A stretch of DNA of 64,000 bases from Octopus sinensis (lineage: Eukaryota). The translations under genes and the position numbers were made by a program. The stretch lies in contig NC_043022.1 of the NCBI RefSeq assembly GCF_006345805.1, positions 11,532,001 to 11,596,000 on the forward strand, read 5' to 3'. Shown piece after piece: positions 50,328-64,000 of this stretch. Below the pieces are notes generated by a model. The model did no database searches, was not told the origin of the DNA, and worked only from the letters and a program-made list of their open reading frames with translations. How positions within the stretch are numbered: position 1 is the stretch's first letter; each line of letters starts with the position of its first letter.

Positions 50328-51501
50328 TGAAGAACTAGAAATGCATTTCATCTCTCCTGCTGCTAGTTTCAACTGCACCTGAACTGTCGATCAAATGCGT
50401 AGTAGTGTTTTAGTCGAAATTATTTGGGGTTCTTGGATGTGTTGATTTGTTACACTAACTCCACTCACCCCCATACGCTGGTCATCACTGTTTCACTGGC
50501 TCAAAAAAAAAAAGTGAATTAATAAAGTCAAAATCAAAAACTTAACAAAAGAACAAACCAAAAAAATAAACATCAATCAACTCATTTTCTAAATAAATTC
50601 AATTTGGGTTGTTATTTAACTGAAAATGTAAAAAAAAAAAAACAAAAGCGGGAAGGAGAAAAATTTAACCCCAAAAGGCTAAATTAAAATATATAATAAA
50701 AAAAATAATGCATTTCAGAGAAATATTTAATTGAAAAAAAAGAAAAAAAACTTTTACAACATTTAGTAAAGCAAAACAATTAAAATTGAAATGAAAATAA
50801 AATGAAACAGGTAAGAACAAAGATGCTAATTTTTTAATAATTATTTTTACATTTTTCTACTCTCATTGTGGTCATCTAGATAATTCTAGAACACCAAGAC
50901 AAAGCCAGACTTGGGTAGGAGTGGATGGGGGTAGGACAACACTGTACACTGATGGGACAACTAAAGATGTGACAGAAACCACACAGTACATATTAATATC
51001 GTTATTATTATTATTATTATTACAATGAAAACTAAGAGTTTGGAAATTGATTAGGAAAGATTTTCTTATTGAAACTATTATATATAAAGGCTCCATATCT
51101 GCTTTGTGATGAAATCTGTCCAACAATTTGATTTTAATATCATTACCAATTGTCCTATTTTGTTATCAGCCGTCCCACCTCTGACGTGAGTTATTTCACC
51201 TTGGCTATGATCTTTTACTAAATAAGAAAATAAACCTTTGGGAATTTACTGAAAGAATTCGATTTCAATTTTTATTGTTTATATTAGGTATGTAATTAAA
51301 AACAACAACAACAACAACACACATAATACTCAGTTGTTGTCCTAAATTATTTCTTGTAAAACATAATAAATTAATAAATGTGTTTTTTGCCCTTCCAATT
51401 ATTATTATCATTATTATTATTATTATTGTTACTTTTCTGTTGTTCAAAATTCTAACACTGTCTTATAAAATATACATACTCCTATGCACATGAACACATG
51501 A

Positions 51502-51543
<42 letters not shown>

Positions 51544-52290
51544 TATGTACTTACTATATCACATATACACAAAACCTGTTGGTCTCTGTTTCAAATCATA
51601 AATGTACTTCATTCAAGCATCTTGTAGCAGTGTATATATTTGTGTGTGTGTGTGTCTATGTGTGTGCGTGCATCTGCTGTGTCTTATAACCTCCAACTGA
51701 AACTTAAACTTTCATACAAACACTTTCATAGTAAGACCGGATGTACGAAATCCTATAATATATGTTTTCAAACATCTAGTAAATATAGACACATATATTC
51801 ATACACACTAATTAAAACACACACACACACACACACACAGAGTTTAATACTGTAATTTATCACAAATCACATGGCTGTCTTCTGGTTTTGTTTTTGAAAA
51901 TCAAATCTTTTAAGCTACCCTCCATTGTGAGGGCAACTTTGTTTCCATGTTGTTTTTCTTCTGTCTTCAACAAAATTATTCAACTTAGGGTAGGAGTCTT
52001 GTTTACTACATTTTTAACTATATTAATCGTAACAAGAACAACAATAACAGCAGCAGTAGATTGAGAAGTTGTGTTGAAGATCTAATCTTAACCAACACAT
52101 TATTTTCTATCACACACACACATATGTATATATATATGTATATATATATGTGTGTGTATATTTTTATATACATATACACACACACATATACATGCTTGAC
52201 AATTAAGTTGCTATCTAAGAAACTAATTTATTTCTAAGTCCACTAACCTCCTGTATAACATCCCATTAAAGAGGAAAGAGGTGATAATAG

Positions 52291-52338
<48 letters not shown>

Positions 52339-54100
52339 CAACAAAAAATATAATCAAACGGACATATAATGGAGTCACTAAAAAGGATTTTAAAAATAGA
52401 CAAGCATGAAATTAGGATGTCGTCATACATATGTATGTGTGTGTGTGTGTGTGTGCACATACACGCCCCACAGTATACACACAATAATACTATTGTATGC
52501 CATATAGGTAAAACCCAATGATTTTGTGGACACAGATTTTCTGTTCCATTGTGCAGTGAGAGCATTACAAAGATAAGAAATCTTTTGAAAAAAATAACAA
52601 GATTAATAATGATAATAATAATAATTAATGATACTGTTTTTTTTTTCTTATTTCTTGCTCCCTTGTTTTTAATCTCTCTTTTTTCCTCCTTTCATACACC
52701 ATTGCTAAAAACACTGCCAATATGGACATCAGAGAAGTAAAAGCTCTTATAAAATTCACTCAGTATATGAATTTTTTTAATCTTTTACTCCATTTGATAA
52801 CTGTCTTTAAAAGCCTTGATTAAAATGGTTCATTCTTCTTTCCCTGCCTCCTGTTTTCCTCACCTTTGCAAGATTAACATTGAAAGTAGATGAGACCTTT
52901 TTTGTCAATTAACAAATTTTGAGGCTATCTACTGAAATAAACTATTTTAAATGAATCTATAAATACATTTCTATCTAAGTATATTTCAAGTTTACATTTT
53001 AATTTTGTAAAATTTTATATATTTATAAAAATATTAATAATAGAATCTAAACGAAAGAAAATATGCAAAAACTGGAGGAAAAATAACTAATTTCCCTATC
53101 GGCTTTTGTTAAACTGACTGAAATTTAGAGAAGGAAGAAAAGAATATTTTTCATATATATATATATGTATATAATTTTGTCATTAGTTCTCTGAATGATG
53201 ACAAAAAAGACTGGGAGAAACCAAGCCAAAGGAAAGCGTTCCTATAACAGCTTCCTGGAAAGCAAATTTGAATATGAACTTTTTTTTTTATTGTTAATTC
53301 ATTTTTTTTTCTTTCTTTGTAATAATTTCTTTCAACTGGATCAGAATGAACAAAATCAAGGAAAAACGAAATAATATTACGAATGCAGCTAAATGACCCC
53401 ACACTACTGGAAAAAACAAAATATTTTTGTTTTATTTATTTGTTTCTATTTTTCTGTCTAAAGAGCCTGGTTGGGTGGGTGATAAGGACAAAGACAACGA
53501 ATTAAAATCAAAAGAAAAACAGAAAGAAACCTCATCCAAAATGTCTCGATATCAGATGATTTATTCAGCTGTTGTAACCCTAACCCTAAACCCCATTTCC
53601 CCCCTCACCTAGTCTGGTTTAATCAAGGACCCACATACACTAACATAATAATACAGTGGCAGTGACAGCCAGTACTTTACCAGTTAACACCTTACAAGCT
53701 ACCATTTTGATTGCTTGGTTAAGTCCATGTTTTTTGTAATTTTCCAAAAATTTACAAACCCATCAAACACGCTATTTTAGTGTGTATTATATATTTTTTA
53801 ACTTGATTACTATTATGATTTTTTTTTCAAACTATGCATTTAGCAGTCGTGAAAAACTAACTTTTAAAACATTTTTTAGTATGATATAATACACACCGAC
53901 ACACCCAGCTCAGTAAATAATTCTTTGAATGCAAAATATGTTCACTTTTGAGTTCTAATTTAAATAATGATGTTTTTTAAGCCATAATGTCAAAATGGTT
54001 ACCAAAAAGAAAAAGAAAAAAGGCCATGTAAACATTTTATGATGGACAATGAAATAAATATTTAACCTACGAAAACAACAAAGAACAAATAAAAATATTT
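50328..54100 (+). other. HSPG2: probable perlecan 3' UTR (end uncertain)
   Basis: AT-rich stretch without recognisable SINEs after the stop. It has several AATAAA (for example 50521 and 54053). The true poly(A) site cannot be determined from sequence. Confidence 0.4.
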
Positions 54101-54384
54101 GGTTTGTCTTCTTGTTATTTATTCATTTATTTTACTAGTATCAGTCATTGGACTACAGCCATGCTATGGAATCGCCTCCAAAGATTTTTTTTCTTTTTTT
54201 TTGTATAATCTATCGTGTCAACTTCTTGTTTTTATTTTTATCTGGTATTCATTTTAGTAATCTCCGATACAGAATTGCTAAGTTTTTTTTGTTTTTTTTA
54301 TGCTGATAATGAAAGGGACATAGATTGATGAAGCAACTGTCATTCATATACACAAATACATGCATATTTGTATACACGTAGAAA

Positions 54385-54754
54385 TATTTCGGATCTTTTC
54401 GATTTGACCAGCAGTTTTTAAAAATAATTTCCACGTAACTAAACATTTTTAAACTTCGTATACTCGTAGAATGTGTTTATAAAATATCTTTTTCTCTTGG
54501 CTGTTGTTTTTTTTCTTCAATTTCTGCAATTTCAACCAATCAGTGACGTCCATTGAGGTAAAATACATTCTGTGCCGTATGAATATGTCCCTCGTTTAAG
54601 AAACAGATTGGGTTTATTTACATTTGTGAAGAAAAAAAGATACCCTAAAACAGATTGAAATGCAATAGATCGATACTAGGGTCATAATTATGGGTGACAA
54701 TTTCATATGACTCCGCTAGAAAAAACTGCCGTTCAAACGGAAAAGATCGAATAT
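54385..54754. mobile_element. MITE-like element with about 30-bp imperfect TIRs
   Basis: Left end gatcttttcgatttgaccagcagttttt versus reverse complement of the right end gatcttttccgtttgaacggcagtttttt. Confidence 0.65.
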
Positions 54755-54869
54755 TTCATATACCCAACCACAGATACATTCATATGGAGACACATAAACA
54801 TTCATATATACACACGTTTGTGTACACAAACACGATCCTATTGACATAAACAAACACAAACACACTCTC

Positions 54870-55243
54870 ATGACTGTGTGGTAAGTAGCTTGCTAACCAG
54901 CCACATGGTTCCGGGTTCAGTCCCACTGTGTGGCATCTTGGGCAAAGTGTCTTCTGCCATAGCCCCGGGCCGACCAATGCCTTGTGAGTGGATTTGGTAG
55001 ACGGAAACTGAAAGAAGCCTGTCGTATATATGTATATATACTTGTGTGTCTGTGTTTGCCCCCCTAGCATTGCTTGACAACCGATGCTGGTGTGTTTATG
55101 TCCCCGTCACTTAGCGGTTCAGCAAAAGAGACCAATAGAATAAGTACTGGGCTTACAAAGAATAAGTCCCGGGGTCGATTAGCTCGACTAAAGGCGGTGC
55201 TCCAGCATGGCCGCAGTCAAAGGACTGAAACAAGTAAAAGAGT
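54870..55243 (+). mobile_element. family A SINE, full length (others at 32940-33290 -, 57395-57615 +, 60500-60660 +, 60695-61124 +)
   Basis: Same head/core/microsatellite/tail, ending gcagtcaaaggactgaaacaagtaaaagag. Confidence 0.9.
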
Positions 55244-57331
55244 ATACACAAACACACTGATCATTTAACATTCATTTTTCATGCTGGCATGGGTTAGACG
55301 GTTTTGACTGGCGCTGGCCAGCCGGAACTGCAACAGGTTCCAGTTGTTTGTTCTGGCATGCTTTCTACACCTAGATGCCCTTCATAATGCCCTTTACAGA
55401 GTGTATTGGGTGCTTTTTTTTTTTTTACATGGCACCAGCACAGGTGCTTTCCTATGTGGCACTGACATTGGTGCTTGTGCTTTTTACACCCACTGGCACA
55501 GGGGTTGTTTACATGACAGTGACACATAAACACATTCATATATACAAACATATTCAGTTTCCATCTTACCAAACTCCACTCACAAGGCATTAATCTGGCT
55601 AAGGCTACAATAGAATACACTTGACCCAGCTTCCATGCAGAGAGATTGAACCCAGAGCCACACGGCTGCAAAGTGAACTTCCTAACCCCATGATTATGTT
55701 TGGCCTTAAAACACTGACACCAAAAGCACCATTGGTTGCATCAACAAAGCATTCACTGGAATACAACAAAGGAGCATCTAAGTGGTCTTTTGACCTGCTA
55801 GAAATAGCAACAAGCCTTATATCACTCTATTGGTTTAAAAATGGAAGAAACCATTGGATGATGTAGATACACTGTGTTTGAAAATTAGAATGAGGTGGTC
55901 ATGGCTGGAATATTTTTGACTATAGATCTACTGGATGAGGACTGACCTGGGTCTAAACGACAACAAGCAAAAGAAGTAAAAGAGCCAACAAGTAAACTTC
56001 TGCACATTCCTTCAAACTGCTAGAAATGGCAGCCAAATCTCTCAAATTATGAACCTAATCGTCTTAAAACGAATCTGGGTGGGTTTGTTTTAAATACCTT
56101 TGATCATAAGTCTGCAGGTTCAGTATCTGTGTGGGGCTAAACAAAAACCCCAGTGCTCAAATGGTACTTATTTTAACTCCATAAGAATGAAAGATTAAGT
56201 CGGCCTTGGTAGAGTATAATAATAAACTTTTATCCCTGAAGGTGATGAATTAGCAAGACCATTAGTGTTGGATCAAAAGCCTCCTGGTACTTGTTCTGAC
56301 TTTTTATGCTCTGTCATGGTTCATATAAAAAAAATCCTCCCAATCCAGAATGGTAGTTTGACAGAACTGTTTAGGGATTAGAAAAAGATTTCTTTTGGTA
56401 ACATTTATCAGAAGGTGCATTGCTTTCCGACCTCAACACCTGTGATGATACTGGGTAAAGCAGAATTGGCCCAAATCAGTGGCCTTTCCTTTGGATTGCA
56501 GCAAGGAGAGAGACTATTGTCTGGGCTCTTGCATAGACTTGTGGTCAACATTGGTCTATAGAGGTTCTACTTAATATAACCCTGACAGTGATTCTTTGTT
56601 CAAGTTTTTCTTATCTGATATCAACTGCTAACACAGAAATATGTTCAACATCCAACAGAGGCTGTGTCTAATGAATGATGGAATATATCACTTCACATCT
56701 TCATCATCACATCATCAGGGGCTTCAAGAGGAAGTTTAAGAAATTAATTTACTGCTATTTTATAAGAACAGTGACTAGTTGGCCAGTGATGTATGGGGAC
56801 TATTGAATGCCATTTTTGAACGTGTCTATCTGTAAATCAATTTACAATAGAAATCAAGCAAACATACCATAAAACAAGAGAATTAAAATTGTGAATTATC
56901 ATTGTCCTTATTAAAAGATAATATGTGAATAGAATTTTACAACAGAATTGAAAAAGACTAAGAGTAATTAAGATTACATAAAGACCACACTTGTCACCAA
57001 AAGACCATCATTATCATCTTCCTCAATATCCAGTATACTGAAGCCAAGACAACTGTTATCTTGTGGTTTCAAGATTAGGACCTAATAAGATGCAAGGCAC
57101 CAACCCACAGCAGATGCAATCCATTTTAAGCTGAGTAGACTGAAGAAATGAGGTTTGAATTACCTTAGCTAAGGATAGTGTGCTACCTTGGAAGTAGTGC
57201 CACAATCTTATGATCTTAATCATTAGGCCCTATGCCTTCATAAAAATCTTAATAGAAGAAGTTTACTCTATTCTTCACTATAATTTATCTGAATAGATTT
57301 ATTCTGAAGAATATATTTATTCACACATGCA

Positions 57332-57382
<51 letters not shown>

Positions 57383-59503
57383 ATATATATATGTATGTAT
57401 TTGTGTGTCTGTGTTTGTCCCCCACCACCACCACCATTGCTTGACAACTAATATTGGTGTGTTTACATCCCCATATCTTAGCAGTTTGACAAACGAGACC
57501 AACAGAATAAGTACTAGGCTTACAAAGAATAAGTCCTGGGGTCGATTTGTTCGAGTAAAGGCAGTGCTCCAGCATGGCCACAGTCAAATGACTGAAACAA
57601 GTGAAAGAATAAGAGAATATATGTGTGTGTGTGTGTGTGCCAGTTATATAAGACCTAAAATTGCTTATATATTTAACAGACTAACAGATGAAAACCTAAG
57701 CTGCCAGTTAGCTGAGCATGAAGTCCTGGCTCTCTTCCTTGATCTGGTTGTTTTTGCTTCATTTAAAACAGCTGTTGTAACAATGGAGCACTGCTAATAA
57801 TTTAAACTACACCTTCAGTTCTGATTTATAATGTATCCAGTATGTTCTATAAGTTGGTTGTGGAATGATTATAGAAAATTTAAGGCAGAAAGAATTCTTT
57901 AGATTAGTCGGGTTCCACAGTAAAATGTATCAAGTACATTTTTTGTCAAATGGTTGATAGATGAATAGAGATGACATTTGGGGGAGAACTGTTTCATCTT
58001 GATTGAAACAAAGGGAAATTATCTAGTGCTGGAATCACATTACAATGCACCCAGTACAGATCTGTACGAACCATGCTTAAAACAGAACATTTGAGCAAGA
58101 TGTGGTCCCTGACCTGTCTAGGAGAGCAGCAAATTCAAGTAAGAACTAACTGGAGACTGTGATTATTCATCCAATTTATGCCACATAAAAAAGTGGGTGT
58201 AAAATGCTGCTGTTGATAATGATGATGATGTCCAGCACACCTAGGCTTAACAACTGACATCCTTATCAGTCATAGAATCATATTTTATTTCATTCCGTTA
58301 TTATTTCATTGTATAACAAGGAATTTTATGAAAGACTGTGTAAAAACATTACTACACGTTTCCATTTTATGTAAATACTTACTAAACTGCTAAAGGAAGC
58401 ACAAATGCAGAACAGAATTACATGTGAGTATCAAAAGTGAGTATTTCACTTACCCTTCTCTGCACTGGTGTACTCAAGAAGATTATTTTGCAGTTATATA
58501 GTAGTGGGGAAGGTTGACTGTTTGTTTACTATGGCCTCAATTCAATCAAAACCTCATCATCATCATTATGTCTGTTTTCTATACTCGTATGGATTAGATG
58601 GTTTTGCAGGAGCTGGTTAGCTGGAGGGCACTATTAGGCTCTAGTTTTGGCATGGTTTCTACGTCTTGATGCCCTTCCAAATGCCAACCATTTTACAGAA
58701 TATGCTGGTTTCATTTTTACATGATACCAACATGGTGTGAACGCCTATGTGTGAAAATTTAGTACCATTTCTTCAGGCATAAAAATCAAATTTACCAGAT
58801 CAAAATTTACTGACAGGAAAAAAGATAGGTCATTTATACACGTAGAAGACTTTGGAGGACTAAAAAAATTCTATGTGAAATGCAGCAAGATTTGGTAAAG
58901 TAGTGATGATGTTTGAATGTTACACTACATGTTTACTTTGTTTATTATGCTGGCTTGTATGTTGGAAAATATGGTATATACACAACTAAACCTAAGCATA
59001 TAATATAAAATATATATTGATTAGATGTGAAGGTGCATGGTATAGTGGTTAGGCTGTTGTACTCACGATTGCTAGATTGTGGGCTCAATTCCCAGTTCAG
59101 ATGACACATTATGTTCTTGAGCAAAACACTTCATTTCGTATTGCGCCAGTCCTCCTTTTTAATCAAGAAGGAATGTTGGCCTGCTCACCTAGCCGATGGA
59201 GTGGCATTATTTGAAGGTTAAAACAATATGAAGCACATTGTGACCAGCAATGTATAACAACATCCGATATAATCTGGTCACTCACATGATCATGTGATAT
59301 CTATGAGATAACTAACTGCCACAACATACACAAGCTCACAAACTCTCACACACCATATTTTCCAGAATACTAGTCAAAATTTTCAGACCAAAATCTACAG
59401 CCAAAAGAAAGGTCAGTTGACTTAGACACCAAAGTAACCTTAGAGGACCAAAAATTCTATATGAAATATACTCCTCTCTGGATTTTCAAAATATGTTTAT
59501 ATA

Positions 59504-59778
59504 TACCAGGTCGTCCCATAAGTTCTGTCCGCATTTACCTTTTTAAAATTGAATGAAATTTAATAGTATTTTAGAATGTCTAATGGAATTAAAAATTATT
59601 TTTATGCATTTGTGCACATTTAAACTAATTAGATATTAATTTACAGAATAATAGAATTAAAATTTCTTTGATTAAAACCCTTTGTAACATGGAAGTATCG
59701 AAAGAGCATTTGAGGCACATAATGCTTTATGAGTACAAAAAAGGAAACTCTACAGCCAAAGTGACTCGAAACATACAC
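59504..59778 (+). mobile_element. mariner transposon 5' end (TIR plus transposase N-terminus)
   Basis: TA|CCAGGTCGTCCCATAAGTT TIR-like start. ATG at 59689 reads MEVSKEHLRHIMLYEYKKGNSTAKVTRNI, which is mariner HTH-like, and is then truncated. Confidence 0.75.
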
Positions 59779-60856
59779 TGCCTAGTGCTGCTCCCTACTG
59801 GATTCTAACTATTTAGCCATTATCCAAGGAAATACTCAAGTGAGACAACTCTGAGCATTGTTTGCAGAAAAAAGACAGGATAGTCACGGTTGATCATCAG
59901 TCTGCACAGTTAGAACTAATCTAGGGCTAAGTAACAAGTGTCAATATTACTATCACCACTACTACTACTACTACTACTAGTGTTACTGCTGCTACCTCCC
60001 TATCATCCACAGCACCACCACCACCATCACCTCTTGCAACTACAAGAACGACATTAGCTTTATCAAGCTGTGTTAAAAACACACCAAAGATAATCTATTG
60101 TGAACTTTGTACCAAACCCGCACTATACAACATAGCAGACCCCACCAACTCTTTGCAAGCCTGTTGTCTTTCAGTGAATTTATCAATCACAGTATAGTAG
60201 GTGGTGGTGGTGGTGGAAGGAATATAATCACTGTGTGGTTCTGTCACAGCTTTCAAACAAAACACAAGCAACACACACAGACACACAAACAGACATAGTT
60301 GTGATTTTATATACTTCCTTCATGGATGTGAGAACTTCCTCGACCTTATGGCTTCTCTTCCTCACCAGTAAGTTTTCTTTTAAACTCCATTTTTGGTTTA
60401 GGGTTTTATTTATGCATTTATTTATTTTTTACCATAATCACCAGTGCACCACAATCCTCATCACCACCACTGCACCATCTATCACAGCCGTCCTGAGGCA
60501 CAGGCATGGCTGTGTGGTAAGAAGTTTGCTTCCTAGCTGCATGGCCCCAAGTTCAATTCTACTGCATGGCACCTAGGAGAAATGCCTTCTACTATAACCC
60601 CAGGACAACCCAAGGCTTTTGAGTGGATTTGGTAGACAGAAACTGAAAGAAGCTCATCATCATATATGTGTGTGTGTGTGCGTGCATTTGTGTTGGTGCG
60701 GGAGTAGCTGTGTGATAAGAAGGTTGCTTCCTAAGCACATGGTTCCAGGTTCGGTCCCACTGTGTGGTACCTTTGGCAAGTGTCTTCTACTGTAGCCTCA
60801 GGCTGACCAAAGTCTTGTAAGTGGATTTGATAGACAGAAACTGAAAGAAGCCCGTC

Positions 60857-60905
<49 letters not shown>

Positions 60906-61121
60906 TGTCTCTATTTGTGTGTCTGTGTTTGTCCCATCATCATTACTTGACACTGATGTTGGAGTGTTTACGTCTCCATAACTAAGCAGTCCAGCCAAGG
61001 ACTCTCATAGAATAAGTACTAGGTTGACAAAGAATAAGTCTTGGAGTTGATTTCTTCAACTAAAGGTGGTGCTCCAACATGGCCACAGTCAAATAACTGA
61101 AACAAGTAAAAAAAATAAAAG

Positions 61122-61152
<31 letters not shown>

Positions 61153-61881
61153 GGATGAAAGAATTATCCTTTGTTTACTGTTAACATGGAAAATTCAATA
61201 AACAGTTACCAGGGAAGCAAAATTCACGCAAGTAAGAAGGATGTAGTAGACTCCAGGTTAATGTGCAGTAATTTGTGTAGTATAAGTAAACTCCATTTAT
61301 TTACTTATATATATATATAAGTAAGATTCAGTTGAACTAGGTACTTAAATTGAGGCACCTCATTAGGCTGGAATAATACACACACAACAACATTATGTAA
61401 ATATAAAACTTGGTACATAAGTACTGACCGAATGATATTCTTACAGCGTATGTAGACAATTAGACCCAACTGAGTAAAGAAATCCACTCTCGAGCTATCC
61501 AGCCATGTGCATTATATTAAATGTATTGTCCATAATATTTATGAAGGGCAGATTCCGAGACAGGTGAATAAAATATAAATGAGTATCAGTAGAGGTACCG
61601 GTATCAGTCCATTATGGCCATTTCTAATGACGCCTTTAGTTGATTAATGAAAACATTCCATCATTATAAAGAAACCGTTTTCAGCATATGAATTCATGAA
61701 CTTCAAAATAAAGAACTTTCGAAATGATTTAACAGAGTTTAAAATCTATAGAGCAAAAATATTTACAATGATTCTGCTACAATTACATATATATAAATAT
61801 AATAATAAATATTAGGGAATAAATCCAAATTTACAGGGGAAAATCAGATTTAGGATTGAATCCAATTTTATAGTAAAATAT

Positions 61882-62322
61882 TATATAATATTATTAGAGA
61901 CAAAACCACTATTTTGCAAATCAAACAAGGAAATAATCAATACATAAAAAATTTTAATATAAAGTAAATAAATCGCCACTACAATTGTTTCCTGTCTTCA
62001 AATGACATTCATCAGGTGGATTTCATATCTAAAAATATCAATATTTTAAAATTTTTTAAAATAAATAAATTTAAAATGGCTAAAACTATAAATAATATAA
62101 ATTTATCAATGAAAATATATAAAAATATATAATCTATATAAAATTTTTAAATTTAAAAAATTTTTAAATATTGATATTTTTAGATATGAAATCCACCTGA
62201 TGAATGTCATTTGAAGACAGGAAACAATTGTAGTGGCGATTTATTTACTTTATATTAAAATTTTTTATGTATTGATTAAGTCTTTCCTTGTTTGATTTGC
62301 AAAATAGTGGTTTTGTCTCTAA

Positions 62323-62334
<12 letters not shown>
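61882..62334. repeat. about 180-bp inverted repeat (spacer about 90 bp); each arm carries a hammerhead motif
   Basis: Arms 61882 to about 62060 and about 62152 to 62334 differ by a 4-bp indel and about 1 mismatch. Confidence 0.92.
62189..62242 (+). ncRNA. minimal type I hammerhead motif (mirror copy on - strand at about 61970-62023)
   Basis: CCAC-CUGAUGA-a UGUC auuugaa GACA g-GAAA-CAAUUG-UA-GUGG. Stem I is CCAC/GUGG, stem III is palindromic, and the triplet is GUA. Confidence 0.65.
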
Positions 62335-62362
<28 letters not shown>

Positions 62363-62714
62363 CACACACACATATGGATATGTGTGTGCGTGGGGGGGGG
62401 GTGAAGGTGCATGGCACAGTGTTTAGAGCATCAAACTTATGATTGTGAGGTTGTGACTTCAATTCACGGACCAGGCTGTGTTGTGTTCTTGAGCAAGACA
62501 CTTTATTTCATGTTGCTCCGGTTCACTCAGCTGTAGAAATGAGTTGTGACATCACAGGTGCCAAGCTGTATTAGTCTTTGCCTTTTCCTTGGATAATATT
62601 GGTGGTGTGGAGAGGGGAGGCTGGTATGCATGGGTAACTGCTGATCTTCCATAAAAACAACCCTAATTGGAGTTGAGTGACCGGTGGAGTTGAGTTCTGA
62701 TATATATATATATA

Positions 62715-64000
62715 TCATCATTTAATGTCTGTTGTCTATGCTGGAATAGGGTGAACAGTTTGAGCGGGGTTGGCATACTGGAAAGCTGCACCAGACTCCA
62801 GTCTGATTTGGCATGGTTTTCTATGGCTAGATGCCTTTCCTAGAGAGAGTAACTGGTGCTTTTACATGTCACCAGCACAGGTGCCATTTGCATGGCACCA
62901 GTATCTGCCACGACTGTAATTTTGCTCGGCTTGATGGGTCTTCTTCTCAAGCATGACATAATGGCAAAGGTCTTGCTCATTGCCTCCATGAGACCCAACA
63001 CTCAAAAGAAACTCAGCTACTTTGCCTCCATGAAACCCAAAACTCAAAAGGAACTCAGCCACTATGCCTCTGTGAGCCCCAACACACAAAAGTTGTTCTT
63101 TACATGCCACCAGCTTGGATACCAGTTATGTGACTCCAGCATCAGGCCATGACTATAGTTTTACTTGGCTTGACAGGTCCTTTCAAGCACAGCATATTGC
63201 CAAAGGTCTCCGTCACTAGTCATAGCTTCTGTGAGGCTCAAAGTTTAAAGATCATGCTTCACCACCTCATCCCGTGTCTACCTCTACCACAGGTTCCCTC
63301 CATAGTTAGAGATCAGCACTTCTTTACGCAGCTGTCCTTGTCCATACACATCACATGACCATACCAGTGCAGTCATCTCTCTTGCACACCATATCTCATG
63401 CCTCTTAAGCCTAACTTTCTCTCAAGATACTTACACTGTCGAATATACACACTGACATTGCACATCCAGTGAAACATACTGGTTTCATTTCTTTCAAGCT
63501 ATGCATGTAGCATAGCTGTTCGCATGAAGGCATCATACAATCTGCCTTTCACTCTGAGAGAGTGGCCTTTTGTTGCCAAGAGTAGTAGGAGCTCTCTGAA
63601 TTTTGCCCAGCCTAATCTTCTCACAGCTATGCTCTCAAAGAATCCACCTCCACTACTAACTTGGTCACCTAGATAACAGAAACTATCTATTATCTCTAGC
63701 TTGCCCCTCTGGCAGTGGATGGAGTATATTTTCTACATATTTTCAGCATTTATTGTACCTGTGCATCTTCCACATACAAAAACTAGTTTTCCTGTTAACC
63801 TTCCTCTGATATTGCTGCACCTTTTATGGGTCCAAAGCTTAAACTGGGTGTATCTTATGGAGTTTCTACCTATGCCTTTTCTACACATTGAGCATGGCCA
63901 TCTACCTGAAGGAATTTGTGGTTTGTCTGCCTTCCTACTTCCTAAGACTTTGATTTTTGCTAGGTTAACTCTAAAGCCCTTCGACTTTAGACCCTGCTTC
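62715..64000 (-). mobile_element. RTE-clade LINE 3' portion (RT C-terminus, 3' UTR with 42-bp tandem repeat, (TGA)n tail); runs off the window end
   Basis: Minus strand reads LEIIDSFCYLGDQVSSGGG...GWAKFRELL...SLRVKGRLYDA...LERNE..M.HWMCNV...HWYGHV..MDKDSCVKKC...EGT.GRGR, with stops. Confidence 0.85.

Noticed and set aside
53575-53600. Telomere-like TAACCC repeats
   Set aside because: Only about 2.5 units, which is expected by chance.

Overview
This is eukaryotic genomic DNA, very AT-rich and rich in microsatellites. It is most likely an octopus or another coleoid cephalopod, inferred from the mollusc-type 5S sequence and the SINE families. The only host gene I can support is the 3' end of perlecan (HSPG2/trol/unc-52) on the + strand. 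It has nine GT-AG exons between 5616 and 50327 that splice in consistent phase into 1361 nt, encoding LG2-EGF-EGF-LG3 (domain V) and the stop. One intron is 23 kb. Most of the rest is mobile DNA: a full-length but mutated Ty3/Gypsy LTR element (37841-41928); Penelope-like (GIY-YIG) fragments, some with hammerhead ribozyme motifs; RTE, CRE-like and possibly Dong/R4-like LINE ends; a non-autonomous Helitron; a mariner 5' end; MITEs; many tRNA-derived SINEs; and a 3'-truncated RPLP0 retrocopy. The most unusual signal is the Gypsy primer-binding site, which is complementary to the 5' end (nt 1-12) of tRNA-Phe instead of a tRNA 3' CCA end. Also notable are a 5S rRNA head fused to the SINE/LINE 3' tail, a complete -1 frameshift slippery site with pseudoknot, and several perfect or near-perfect long inverted repeats. 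All calls come from reading the sequence by eye and from recalled family motifs; no searches were run.
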